From: Centroscyllium fabricii
Lineage: Eukaryota
Assembly: GCA_051313645.2 (NCBI GenBank)
Contig: JBNRSN020000001.1
Coordinates: 128,774,001-128,838,000, forward strand
Length of the DNA stretch: 64,000 bases
Reading direction: 5' to 3'
Part shown: positions 25,481 through 36,500 of the stretch, piece after piece
Layout of the letters: each line of letters begins with the position of its first letter
Numbering within the stretch: the first letter of the stretch is position 1
Notes under the pieces: generated by a model
Database searches by the model: none
Told to the model about the DNA's origin: nothing
The model's input: only the letters and a program-made list of their open reading frames with translations
Made by a program: the position numbers and the translations under genes

Positions 25481-25843
25481 ATGGTGGTGGACTATTAAAC
25501 GACCAATGGGAGGAGGAGGCTCCATAAATATCCCCATCCTTAATGATGGTGCAGCCCAGTACGTGAGTGCAAAAGAATAGGCTGAAGCATTTGCAACCAT
25601 CTTCAGCCAGAAATGCCAAGTGGATGATCCATATTGGCCTCCTCCTGAGGTCCCCACCATCACAGAAGCCAGTCTTCAGCCAATTTGATTCACTCCTCGT
25701 GATATCAAGAAATAGCTCAGCGCACTGGATACAGCAAAGGCTATGGGCCCTGACAACATTCCAGCTATCGTGCTTAAGATTTGTGCTCCAGAACAAGCTG
25801 CACCTCTAGCCAAGCTGTTCCAGTACATCTACAACACTGGCAT

Positions 25844-27750
25844 AACTTAATCGGACAGAGTCAGCATGGTTTTACGAAGGGGAAGTCATGTTTGACTAAT
25901 TTGCTCGAATTCTTTGAGGAAGTAACATCTCGGGTGGATAAAGGGGAACTGGTGGATGTGGTATACTTGGACTTCCAAAAGGCTTTTGACAAGGTGCCAC
26001 ATAAGAGACTATTGCTGAAGATAAAAAAATCACGGGATTGGGGGTAATATATTAGCATGGGTAGAAGATTGGCTTTCAAACAGGAAGCAGAGAGTTGGGA
26101 TAAATGGTTCATACTCGGGATGGCAATCGGTGACTAGTGGTGTTCCGCAGGGGTCGGTGCTGGGACCCCAGCTGTTTACAATCTATATAAATGATTTGGA
26201 GGAGGGGACCAAGTGTAATATATCAAAGTTCGCAGATGACACAAAAATGGGAGGAAAAGCAGGGAGTGAGGAAAACATAGAAACATAGGAGCAGGAGTAG
26301 GCCATTCGGCCCTTCGAGCCTGCTCCGCCATTCAATGAGATCATGGCTGATCATCCAAACCCAGTACCCTGTCCCTGCCCTCTCCCCATATCCCTCGATC
26401 CCTATCGAGCCCGCACCGACACATATCCCACCCTATCCCCGTAACCCCACATATTCAATCCCCCTAACACTAAGGGTCAATTTATCCTGGCCAATCAACC
26501 TAACCCGCACATCTTTGGACTGTGGGAGGAAACCGGAGCACCCGGAGGAAACTCACGCAGACACGGGGAGAATGTGCAAACTCCACACAGATAGTACCTG
26601 AGGCCGGATTTGAACCCGGGTCTCCAGTGCTGTGAGGCAACAGTGCTAACCACTATGCCACCGTGCCGGAGGACAGAAATAGCCTGCAAAAGGATATAGA
26701 TAAGCTAGGTGAGTGGGCAGCGATTTGGCAGATGAAATTTAATACTGGTAAATGTGAAGTTATACATTTTGGAAAAAAAAATCAGAGAGCAAGTTATTTT
26801 CTAAATGGGGAGGAGCTGCGTGGTAATACAACGCAAAGGGACCTGGGGGTACTAGTGCATGAATCACAAAAAGTTAGTATGCAGGTGCAGCAAGTGATTA
26901 GGAAGGCCAATGGAGTCTTAGCCTTTATTGCTAGGGGGATAGAGTATAAAAGCAGGGAGGTTTTGCTGCAGCTGTATACAGTATTGGTGAGACCGCATTT
27001 GGAATACTGTGTGCAGTTTTGGTGTCCATATTTAAGAAAGGATGTACTTGCTCTGGAAGCAGTACAGAGAAGGTTTACATGGTTAATTCCAGGGATGAGG
27101 GGGTTGACATATGAGGAAAGGTTAAGTAGGTTGGGACTTTACTCATTAGAGTTCAGAAGAATGAGAGGCGATCTTATTGAAACGTATAAGATCGTGAGGG
27201 GCCTTGATCGGGTGGATGCGCTAAAGATGTTTCCAATGATCGGGGAGACCAGAACTAGGGGGCATAGTCTTAGAATAAGGGGGGGCTCTTTTAAAACTGA
27301 GATGAGGAGAAACTTCTTCACTCAGAGGGTGGTTAATCTGTGGAATTTGCTGCCTCAGGGAGCTGTGGAAGCGGGAACGTTAAATAAATTTAAAATGGAA
27401 ATAGACTGCTTTTTAGCAGACAAGGGAATTAGGGGTTACGGGGAGTGGGCAGGGAAGTGGACCTGAGCTATTGTCAGTATAGTAAGACCTGAGTGATCTC
27501 CTGGACAAGTTTCGATCGCCTAGATTGGGGTCGGAGAGGAATTTCCCAGATTTTTTTCCCAAATTGGCCTGGGTTTTTATCCGGTTTTTCGCCTCTCCCA
27601 GGAGATCACATGGTTTTTTCGGGTGGGATGAAGGGTGATAGTGGGAAGAAGGTTAGGGTAGGATCAGCCATGATCTTATTGAATGGCGGAGCAGGCTGGA
27701 GGGGCCGATTGGCCTACTCCTGCTCCTATTTCTTATGTTCTTATGTTCTT
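25844..27750 (+). mobile_element. CR1 LINE, 5'-truncated, relatively young
   Basis: RT motifs QHGFTKGKSCLTNL and VPQGSVLGP, a 267-aa C-terminal ORF at 26663-27466, and a (TTCTTATG)n tail. Confidence 0.93.
26274..26667 (-). mobile_element. Full-length tRNA-derived V-SINE (HE1-like)
   Basis: The minus strand has an A box (TGGCATAGTGG), a B box (GGTTCAAATCC), the V-core (GTGTGGAGTTTGCACATTCTCCCCGTG) and a CR1-derived tail. Confidence 0.92.
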
Positions 27751-29214
27751 ATCTATCCGACAATGTGAAAAACTGCCTAGGTATGTCCTGTCCACAAAAA
27801 GCAGGACAAATCCAATCTGTCCAATTACCGCCCCATCAGTCCACTCTCAATCATCAGCAAAGTGATGGAAGGTGTAATTGACAGTTCTATCAAGTGGCAC
27901 TTACCAATAACCTGCACACTGATGCCCAGTTTGGGTTCCATCAAGACCACTCTGCTCCCGACCTCATTACAGCCTTGGTCCAAACATGGACAAAGGAGAT
28001 GAATTCCAGAGGTGAGGTGAGAGTGACTGTCCTTGACATCAAGGCAGCATTTGACCGAGTGTGGCATCAAGGAGCTCTAGTGAAACTGAGTCAATGGGAA
28101 TCGGGGGGAAAACTCTCCACTGGCTGGAGTCATACCTAGTAGAAAGAAAGATGGTTGAGATGATTGAAGGTCAATCATCACAGCCCCAGGACATCGCTGC
28201 AGGAGTTCCTCGGGGCAGTGTTCTAGGCCCAAGCATCTTCAGCTGCTTCATCAATGAACTTCCCTCCAATATAAGGTCAGAAATTGGGATGTTTGTTGGT
28301 GACTGCACAGTGTTCAGCGCCATTCACAACTCCTCAGATAATGAAGCAGTCTGTGCCCGCATGCAACAAGACCTGGACGACATTCAGGCTTAGGCTGATA
28401 AGTGGCAGGTAATATTCGCACCCCAGATGTGCCAGGCAATGACTATCTCCAACAAGTGAGAGTCTAACTACCGCCCCTTGACATTCAATGGCATTACCAT
28501 CACCAAATCCCCCACCATCAACATCCTGGGGTCACTATTGACCAAAAACTTAACTGGACCAGCCACTTAAATAGTGTGGCAACAAAAGCAGGTCAGAGGT
28601 TAGGTATTCTGTGGCGAGTGTCTCACCTCCTCACTCCCCAAATCCTTTCTACCATCTACAAGGCACAAGTAAGGAGTGTGATGGAATATTCTCCACTTGC
28701 CTGGATGAGTGCAGCTCCAACAACACTTAAGAAGCTTGACACCATACATGACAATGCAGCCCGTTTGATTGGCACCCCATCTACCACCTTAAACATTCAT
28801 TCCCTCCACCACCGGTGTACCGTGGCTGCAGTATGTACCATCTGCTCCTATTTCTTATGTCCTTGTGTTCTTATCTACAAGATGAACTGCAGCAACTCAC
28901 CAAGGCTTCTTCGGCAGCACCTCTCAAACCCACAACCTCTTCCACCTAGAAGGATAAGAGCAGGCAGATGGGAACACCACCACCTCCAAGTTCCCCTCCA
29001 AGTCACACACTATCCTGACTTGAAAGTACATCGCCATTCCTTCATCATCGCTTGGTCAAAATCCTGGAACTCCCTCCCAGTCAGTACTGTGGGAGTACCT
29101 TCACTAGATGGACAGCAGCGGTTCAGGGGCAATTAGGGATGAGCAATAAATGCTGGCCTTGCCAGTGATGCCCACATCCCATAAAAAAGATGAATAAATT
29201 TAGCTGAGATTGAT

Positions 29215-29410
29215 ACATAGAAACATAGAAGATAGGAGCAGGAGTAGGCCATTTGGCCCTTCGAGCCTGCTCCGCCATTCAATGAGATTATGGCTGATCA
29301 TCCAAACCCAGTACCCCGCCTCTGCCCTCTCCCCATATCCCTCGATCCCTATCGAGCCTACACCAACACATATCCCACCCTATCCCCGTAACCCCATACA
29401 TATCCCTGTT
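29215..29410 (-). mobile_element. HE1-like SINE 3' fragment
   Basis: Near-identical to 26274-26470. Confidence 0.85.
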
Positions 29411-29656
29411 CCCCTGAGAACTATTTTCTTCAAGCCTTTAAAAAATATTTCTACATAAGTCTCATTGTCTTTGAGCATGACTTGTTAGCCAGTTTGATTT
29501 TCTTTTACCATGTGTCCTTATTTTAACTTCAGCAGCATACATGGCTTCACTTTACATAAGGATAATTTTGAAGGCATTCCATTTTTCTTCTATGTTGCTA
29601 ATCTTCTGACCTAGAAGTTATGCTAAACCTATGAAGTAACCAAAGCATGGACCCAG

Positions 29657-30112
29657 TGATATATAGGGTCGACACACTGGCTTGTTGAAAGAGAGACAGA
29701 CCCAGTAGTTGAAGTCAAAACGGTTTAATTACAGGCCTGGAGAACTGATCTACATCTGACGTGACCTCAGTTCTGCTGGACCTTGATGAGGTTATACAGA
29801 AATTAGCTGCCCCTCCACCCCAAGGGTCCAACCATTTTACAGAGTTACACATTCATCTTTACTCAGGGGAGGGGTTATTGACATCTTTAAAGATAACAGA
29901 CAATGCTCCCTTCTCTTTAGTCCTTTGTCTGTTAAGTTTTGTTTCTGCTGAAATGTGTCACAGCTCATAGGATTTGTTTCCTCTGGTCTGAAAGCTGAAC
30001 ACAACACTGTTAGTGTGTTAACCCTTTGTGAGCTCATCTACTATAGATCTACCTTTCTTACAACTAAACCTTAATACTTGCCCTCTACCTTAATACTTGC
30101 CCTCTATATGTG
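29657..30112 (-). mobile_element. Possible solo LTR-like insert
   Basis: Weak terminal inverted similarity (TGATATATAGGG / CCCTCTATAT), minus-strand ATTAAA, and a 19-bp tandem duplication at about 30068-30106. No TSD confirmed. Confidence 0.3.
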
Positions 30113-30124
30113 TTCAATTTCTAA

Positions 30125-31930
30125 TATTCTACTTCACCTATATAAAACACTAGTCTGGCCCTAGCTGGAGTATTGAGTCCAATTCTGGGCACAACACTTT
30201 AGGAAGGTTGTGAAGGCTTTAGAGAGGATACAAAAGAGATTTACTGGGTTCCAGGGATGAGATTTACAGTTACGTTGATAGACTGGAGAAGCTGGGGTTA
30301 TTCTCCTTTGAGCAGAGAAGGCTAAGAGGCGATTTGATAGAGGTGTTCAAAATCATGAAGGGTTTAGATAGAGTAAATAAAGAGAAACTGTTTCCATTGG
30401 CTGAAAGGTCGATAACAAAAAGGCACAGATTGAAGGTGATTGGCAAAAGAACCAGAGGCAACAGGAGAAACAACTTTAGAATGCCCTGCCTTATAGGGTG
30501 GGCGGATACAGATTCAATAGTAGCTTCACAATGGAATTAGATCAATACTTGATGCAGAAATAATTTCAGGGATGTGGGGAAAAAGCTAGGAGTGGGTCTA
30601 ACTGGATTGCTCCTTAAAAGAGCTGGCACAGACTTGATGGGCTGGATTTTCATTCAAGAGTCGGTTAGGAGGCGGGACTACAACTTTCAGGGTTGTAATC
30701 CTGCCTCCATCGAGATGTGGCCAATCCACGCGATTTCAACTTGATTGACCTTGTTGAGCCCACCCAGCAGGCTCAGCAGGTCAATTAAGGGCCACCCGGC
30801 AACAGGTGACGTCACAGACTGAAATTTCATCTGTCAGGAGGTATTGACAAATGAAATATCAGTGTTTCACAGCTGTTTGAAGCTGTCAAACACTGACAGT
30901 CTTACTTCTAACATGATTCCTTCTCCACAGACTCAGTTAGAAATCTCTCCTGCACAGAAAGCTGAAGGCTGTCACTTTTGACAGTTCGCAGCCATTCTGC
31001 TTTCTGTGCCGGTGAGATGAGGGACATAGAAATATAGAAGATAGGAGCAGGAGTAGGCCATTCGCCATTCAATGAGATCATGGCTGATCATCCAAACCCA
31101 GTACCCTGCCCCTGCCCTCTCCCCATATCCCTCTCGAACCTGCACCGACACATATCCCACCCTATCCCCATAACCCCACATATTCAATCCCCCTAACACT
31201 AAGGGTCAATTTATCCTGGCCAATCAACCTAACCCGCACATCTTTGGACTGTGGGAGGAAACCGGAGCACCCGGAGGAAAACCACGCAGACACGAGGAGA
31301 ATGTGCAAACTCCACACAGATAGTCACCTGAGGCTGGATTTGAACCCGGGTCTCTAGTGCTGTAAGGCAACAGTGCTAACCACTATGTCACCGTGCCACC
31401 CTCCTGAGACCTGAAGAAAGGAAGGCTGAAAAGGTAAGTACATGTAAGGAAAACTTCTTTAAACACTTTACACACACCAAACACACTTACCTTTGCACTC
31501 ATGCACACATCACTCACCTGAACACCGACATCTGGACCCCTCCAAGTCCTTCAACCCGACGGCCCACCTCGGAAACTTGCCGTGATTTGGAGCCATCGGC
31601 AATCCCACACTTCAACATTAAAAATAGGTATTATGCTAAAAACTGCCTGTTAATTACCCGTTAACAGACAGTTCATTGCAAATCAAACCCTCTTAAAATC
31701 TAGTGCATCCCTTCCCACCTCAGGTAGGCAGGTTCCAGTGCAGGGCGGGTACCCGCCTCCTTTGAAACTGACATGGAGGCGGGTTGGGTGCGGGATGGTG
31801 TCGGGACCCCCAAATTCAGGATTTTAACCCCCCGCATGCCTCCAATCCCGACTCCATGGCCCAATAAAAATCCTGCCTGATGGCTTGAATGGCCTCCTTC
31901 TGTGCTGTACTATTCTATCATTCGATGATT
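30125..31930 (+). mobile_element. CR1 3' fragment interrupted by a Harbinger-type MITE (30639-31878)
   Basis: The CR1 C-terminus reads IEVFKIMKGLDRV. The MITE has TIRs GGGCTGGATTTT / AAAATCCTGCCT and TSD GAT. The CR1 tail resumes at 31879. Confidence 0.8.
31023..31398 (-). mobile_element. Full-length HE1-like V-SINE inside the MITE
   Basis: Near-identical to 26274-26667. Confidence 0.9.
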
Positions 31931-32822
31931 TGATGACTGACCAGTAAATCTGGTTCAAGTCATTTGCAAATCAAACCCTCTTAAAATCTAGTGCTAGCAC
32001 TAAATTTTGAGCAGCTTTGGTTTGGCTGTATCTAATAATACTGTGATCACAGCTCCTGCGAGGAGTTGTGAAAATAGGCTGCAAACCTTTATACCATCTA
32101 CTTACTTCATTACCCAGCCTGCTTGTGGAAATGAGTGAGAATGTGAATTCACTGAACAACGTGTACTCCATAAGTAATGACCTTTTACCTTTGTGGAACA
32201 GAAATGAATGAACATTACTGGGTGGTTTCACAGTGCTTATTGTATACAATTACAGATAGACATCAAAAATATTGTATTGGAGGTTATAGACGAGTCACTT
32301 TTACATTTTTATATACTTTTATTAAATCTCTGTATGTACTTTAAAGCATAACTTCTTTTATTTGTCTGGGTATTTTTAGCTGTAGTGAGGGACATTTTTT
32401 AATTTTTTTGGCAGAACAAATACAGTTTTTCATATACATCTTCCTGTTTATCTTGCAACCTAATATACCTGCATATTATCATGCTTTATTCTATATGCAT
32501 GACAACTTCAATCATTTAGTTGGAATATCTGTCTCATCTGTGGAATGCAGTTGGTCAGGGTTGAATAATGAGTAAAAAGACAGATTGATATCCTGGAATA
32601 TTCGCTCAATTACCTGTTGAGATTTGTCGTGAATTTTTTTTACTTTCTGTTATTCACCACCTATTATGACATCAAATAAGTTAGGAAAATTACATGACTT
32701 TCTGCAAAATATACACGGCCTGTTAGTTTTGCAACCTCAGTGTGGTGAATGGCTATTTCTCATTGTATACTTTACCTTTGTTGAATATAAACCTTAACCT
32801 GTAATTGAACTGGTACTTAGAA

Positions 32823-32930
32823 GTTCAAGAAGGAGGCTCACCACCACCTTCTCAAGGGCAGTCAGGGATGGGCAATAAATGCTGGCCTTGCCAACAACGT
32901 CCACATCCCATGAATGAATTTTTTTAAATT
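32823..32930 (+). mobile_element. LINE family A extreme 3' end
   Basis: Matches 29120-29190 (gggcaataaatgctggccttgcc...cacatcccat). Confidence 0.75.
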
Positions 32931-33309
32931 ACAAGTTCACCATTTTTATATCTTCTAACTGCATTATTTGATGTTGGATGCACTTTGCACCAATTCTCAC
33001 CATTCTTATCAAGAAGTTTTTGTCTCTAAACATTTATTTCCATCTGACGTCCATGATTCGTAGACTAACAGACTCATGTTTATGGTTAGCAAGGAATAGA
33101 ATGTATTATTATGGTTAGTTACAGGTAACTTAAGCTCTAAATGTAAAGAATGTGTATCCTGGCCCAGAAGTTAGCTGCTCATGACCTCTGTATGGAAATT
33201 GTACCATTAACCATTTGAAGATTTCCAAGTTTTCAAATTTGAAGGTTAATATAAAAAATGGAACTTAATACAAGTGGATTTATTTACTATATCTTGATTC
33301 TGATCTCTA

Positions 33310-33560
33310 GCATATCCCCTTGCACTTGGCTTATGACTCCTCTAGGAACCCACATTTGGCAGCTGAACTGCGTAATAATCAGATCCACTAGAGCTCTCCT
33401 CAAGCAGACCCCTCATTGAGCAGAACATTGGAATCCTCAAGCAACAACTCCGCTGCTTGGACAGGTCTGCTGGCTTCCTTTAATACAGCCCAGGAAGAGG
33501 TCACATATGATAGCAGTTTGCTGTATGCTGTATAACTTTGCCATGTCACGGGGACAACAC
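33310..33560 (+). pseudogene. Harbinger (HARBI1-like DDE) transposase C-terminal relic
   Basis: Decayed YPL..WLMTPL...IEQNIGILKQQLRCLDRSAG..YSP...MIAVCCMLYNFAM. Confidence 0.8.
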
Positions 33561-34044
33561 ATTAAGCTACCATTGAATGATGACCTTCAGCATTATTTAC
33601 AGTGCTTGATTAATCAAATCAATCCAATTTTCCCTGAGCCCCAGAACCTTAGTTTGGCTTTCTGTGGTGGGGTGAGGCCATTTATGATGGCAACGTTCTT
33701 GCTGGGTAAGCAGTGTTGGTAGTATACCTCCAAAGCCTTGCACCTAAGACAACTGTGAAGAAAGTAAATTGAAACAAAAAGGTAACAGAAATTTAAAACA
33801 AAAGAGTAATTTGTAAAACCAGAACAAAGACCTATTGCAGAAGCCTAACTTCACAGGATAGTAAGTGGGATCACTGTTGAAAAAGAGTCTAGCCATATTA
33901 GGGATATGTGGTAATCCTAATGCATGTCAGAATGTACAGGAGGAAGCTACTGAGAGGAGTTGGTGGCTAGGAAGTAAATAAGATCACAGCTTAGTTTTGA
34001 TAAGTTTTCAAGTATCTGTTTCATTGCAAGTATGTTGCTCAGTA

Positions 34045-34230
34045 TTCAATTCAATTCAAGTTTTATTGTCATTGCAGAGTACTAATACAATACAACGAGA
34101 TGAAGACTCGCTGCTCCCGAGAGTAGTGCAAATAAATTACATGCAAATTGCATACAGTAAAGTACATTTTTAGGTGTGCAGGTACCAGAGTTTTTTTTAG
34201 AGTTCAGGAGGCTGACAGCCCTGGGGAAGT
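34045..34230 (-). mobile_element. LINE 3' end with (TTGAA)n tail (Rex1-like)
   Basis: The minus strand reads AATAAAAC followed by TTGAATTGAATTGAA. A similar tail occurs on + at about 35428-35457. Confidence 0.5.
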
Positions 34231-34254
34231 ATGCCATACTAAACAAGATTCATT

Positions 34255-34992
34255 GGCCTGGATTTTCCAGGGCCTATGACGGCATACGCAGTGCGTATGT
34301 GGCCATAATGGTCCCGCAAGTTCCGGGTTTCCACACGTGATGCGCATGCGCGAAAACCCGGAACTTGAGATCTGTCAAGAATCTTGTCCATTTCCCAAGG
34401 ATGCGGAGGATCTGTCATTTGTTGGTGGAGAGTATAGCTATTTGCCCAACTACTGCCCAGCGAATGCTTGTGAAACTCTTATGCCTGGTAAAAGCAGGCG
34501 TAGGGGCTTCTTTTACCAGCATAAGAGTAATTTAAAAAAATTATTTAAACATAAGAAAACTTTAAAATTAGTTAGAGGTTATTTTTAGCCCCTTTAAAAT
34601 GTTTCAATATATTTTTTCAAAAAATTAATTTTTGTTTTAAATGTTTAATTAAATTGTATTTTAATCAATTTTAAATGTTTAATTTTTTTTTATGTCAGTG
34701 TTGTGTACATGTGTTTTTTAGGGGATTCCTATTCATGCTCATGAGGATTCTGTATGTAAATGAAATCCCCATAAGCATAATGGAAATCCCCTTTCTGATT
34801 GGTTGGGCTGGCCCATGTGATCCCACGTGAAGCGTATGCACCCCTGGGATACGTGGGTCGCTGCGCAAGTCTACGCATAGAGGCCCAGGAGCGCGAGTTT
34901 CCGTAGATCCAGGAGCATCAGGTGGATTCGTAGTTTTATTGTGGTTCGGAGGCATCTGCCCACGGGAAGCCTCCGACCGCAAATTCAGGCCC
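34255..34992. mobile_element. Harbinger-type MITE
   Basis: TIRs GGCCTGGATTTT / AAATTCAGGCCC, flanks ATT/AAT. Homologous to 9649-10388 in reverse. Confidence 0.8.
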
Positions 34993-36500
34993 AATGTTAT
35001 CCTGAATATTGTGTGTATTCACAGACATCTTTGATGTCACATATGCAAACTACTCAGTATTATTATTAAAATGCTCTGAGGAAAACTGTGGAACAGGATT
35101 GACTATTAAGGTTTCCAAGGGTGAAATCTGTAGAAGCAACAGCATAAGCTGTTTCAAAAATTTGAACGACCACCAAAAATTCCCATATCTATTGGGGGAA
35201 CAGAGGGACTGTGTAAAATTAGCGCCAAACTACGTCACAGCTTGCCATAAGCAGAGGGACAACCAGTGACCACTGAAGCTAAGAAGAGCATAGGAGATTT
35301 ATATGCGGGTATATATGTATGTGTTTGCATAATTATCCATTCACTATGTCTAGTTATGCATTTGTATGTTCAATTGTATATGTCCTTTTTCTGTGCTTTT
35401 GCAACATTAGATGTATCTTGTCATGCCAATAAAGCAATTTGAATTGAATTGAATTGATAAGCCCAATCCACAGTGTTTGCAGTACACGACAAGTATTTAC
35501 CAGTGCCAGAAGGTGTCGACAAATTTTTTAAGAATTTGAAACCAGAGTTTACAGACACAAAGGATAATGACAAAGTGCAAATAGGTCTCCTTGCTCTTAC
35601 CTTCAGGGAATTCATTCTATCATGTGGGAGTGTAGGCGTTGGAGATGTTTGGCATTTTACGCAGTAAAGCATGTAAGAATTTAAAAGCTCTTTAATTGAT
35701 GTGGATGCTGCATATGGATTTAATTGATCAGGAATTCAGTCTATCATGTAGGTTAGACATGGGGACTATATTGTGATCTGCTATGCAGATTATTGTGATG
35801 AACATGGGTGCTGCATTCTAATTACTGTGTGCATTAATCACAATGATACAGTTTGATTTGGAATCCTGAGGCAAATCCATTCTTCATATTATTTAAAATG
35901 GTAACTGAAGTTATTTTGCATTCCTGTGAGATGGCAGAAGACCTTAATGCAGAGACAACAATCCATAACTATCCCTTTGTATTCACAATCTGTGGATTGG
36001 ATAGTTCTGCACCCTTCACTGGTATTATCACCATTGCTCGCACAAACATGTTTCAGATAAATATAAATGAATACAAACTGAGAGGGCTTAGGAAATTGAC
36101 AGCCACATGTCATTTTCTTTTGGCTCTATTTATTATTACAAAGATTACTGCCATCCTAATGTTTCTGATGGTTTTCAACTTTTACGTGTTGATAATATGT
36201 TTTTATTGAGTGTTTGAATCAACTTTTGATTTCCAAACCTGGGAACAAACAATGGGCGATTGGGGAGTAATTGCATTTTTATAGTAAGATGTCCACTGTG
36301 CCAGAAATAGCTGGGTGAGTGTGGAAATATAACAGAGTAAGGGGCACTTCTGCACCTCTCATATCCACATTCAAGATACAGGTACACAATCCTTTATCCG
36401 CAACTCCAAAAACCGAAAAGCTCCAAAAAGCGAAATTTCAAAATGACCTGAGTTGCGCCAAACCTGACCGGTTTTAAAAGCTAATTTGAATCATACCGGT

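Larger units (their letters stand above)
24429..29190 (+). mobile_element. LINE family A (CR1/L2 group), APE to 3' end, split by Rex1, CR1 and SINE insertions
   Basis: Begins with HVEHHLEEALRVARAQNVLWVGDFNVHH. RT motifs at 27751-28400, C-terminus MEYSPLAWMSAAPTTLKKL, and a 3' end with AATAAA at about 29146. Matches 1-2800 in the opposite orientation. Confidence 0.9.

Noticed and set aside
26590-26667. tRNA genes suggested by A/B boxes (also about 31325-31398, 43830-43893 and 58810-58880)
   Set aside because: These are SINE heads attached to V or Deu cores and LINE tails, without a full cloverleaf.
33310-33560. Host HARBI1 gene
   Set aside because: It is a short fragment with frameshifts and a stop, so a transposon relic.
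35000-36380. Small ORFs in unique AT-rich DNA as host exons (also 31990-33300 and 41700-42830)
   Set aside because: I found no convincing splice-site pairs or recognisable protein motifs. Short exons or regulatory elements cannot be excluded.
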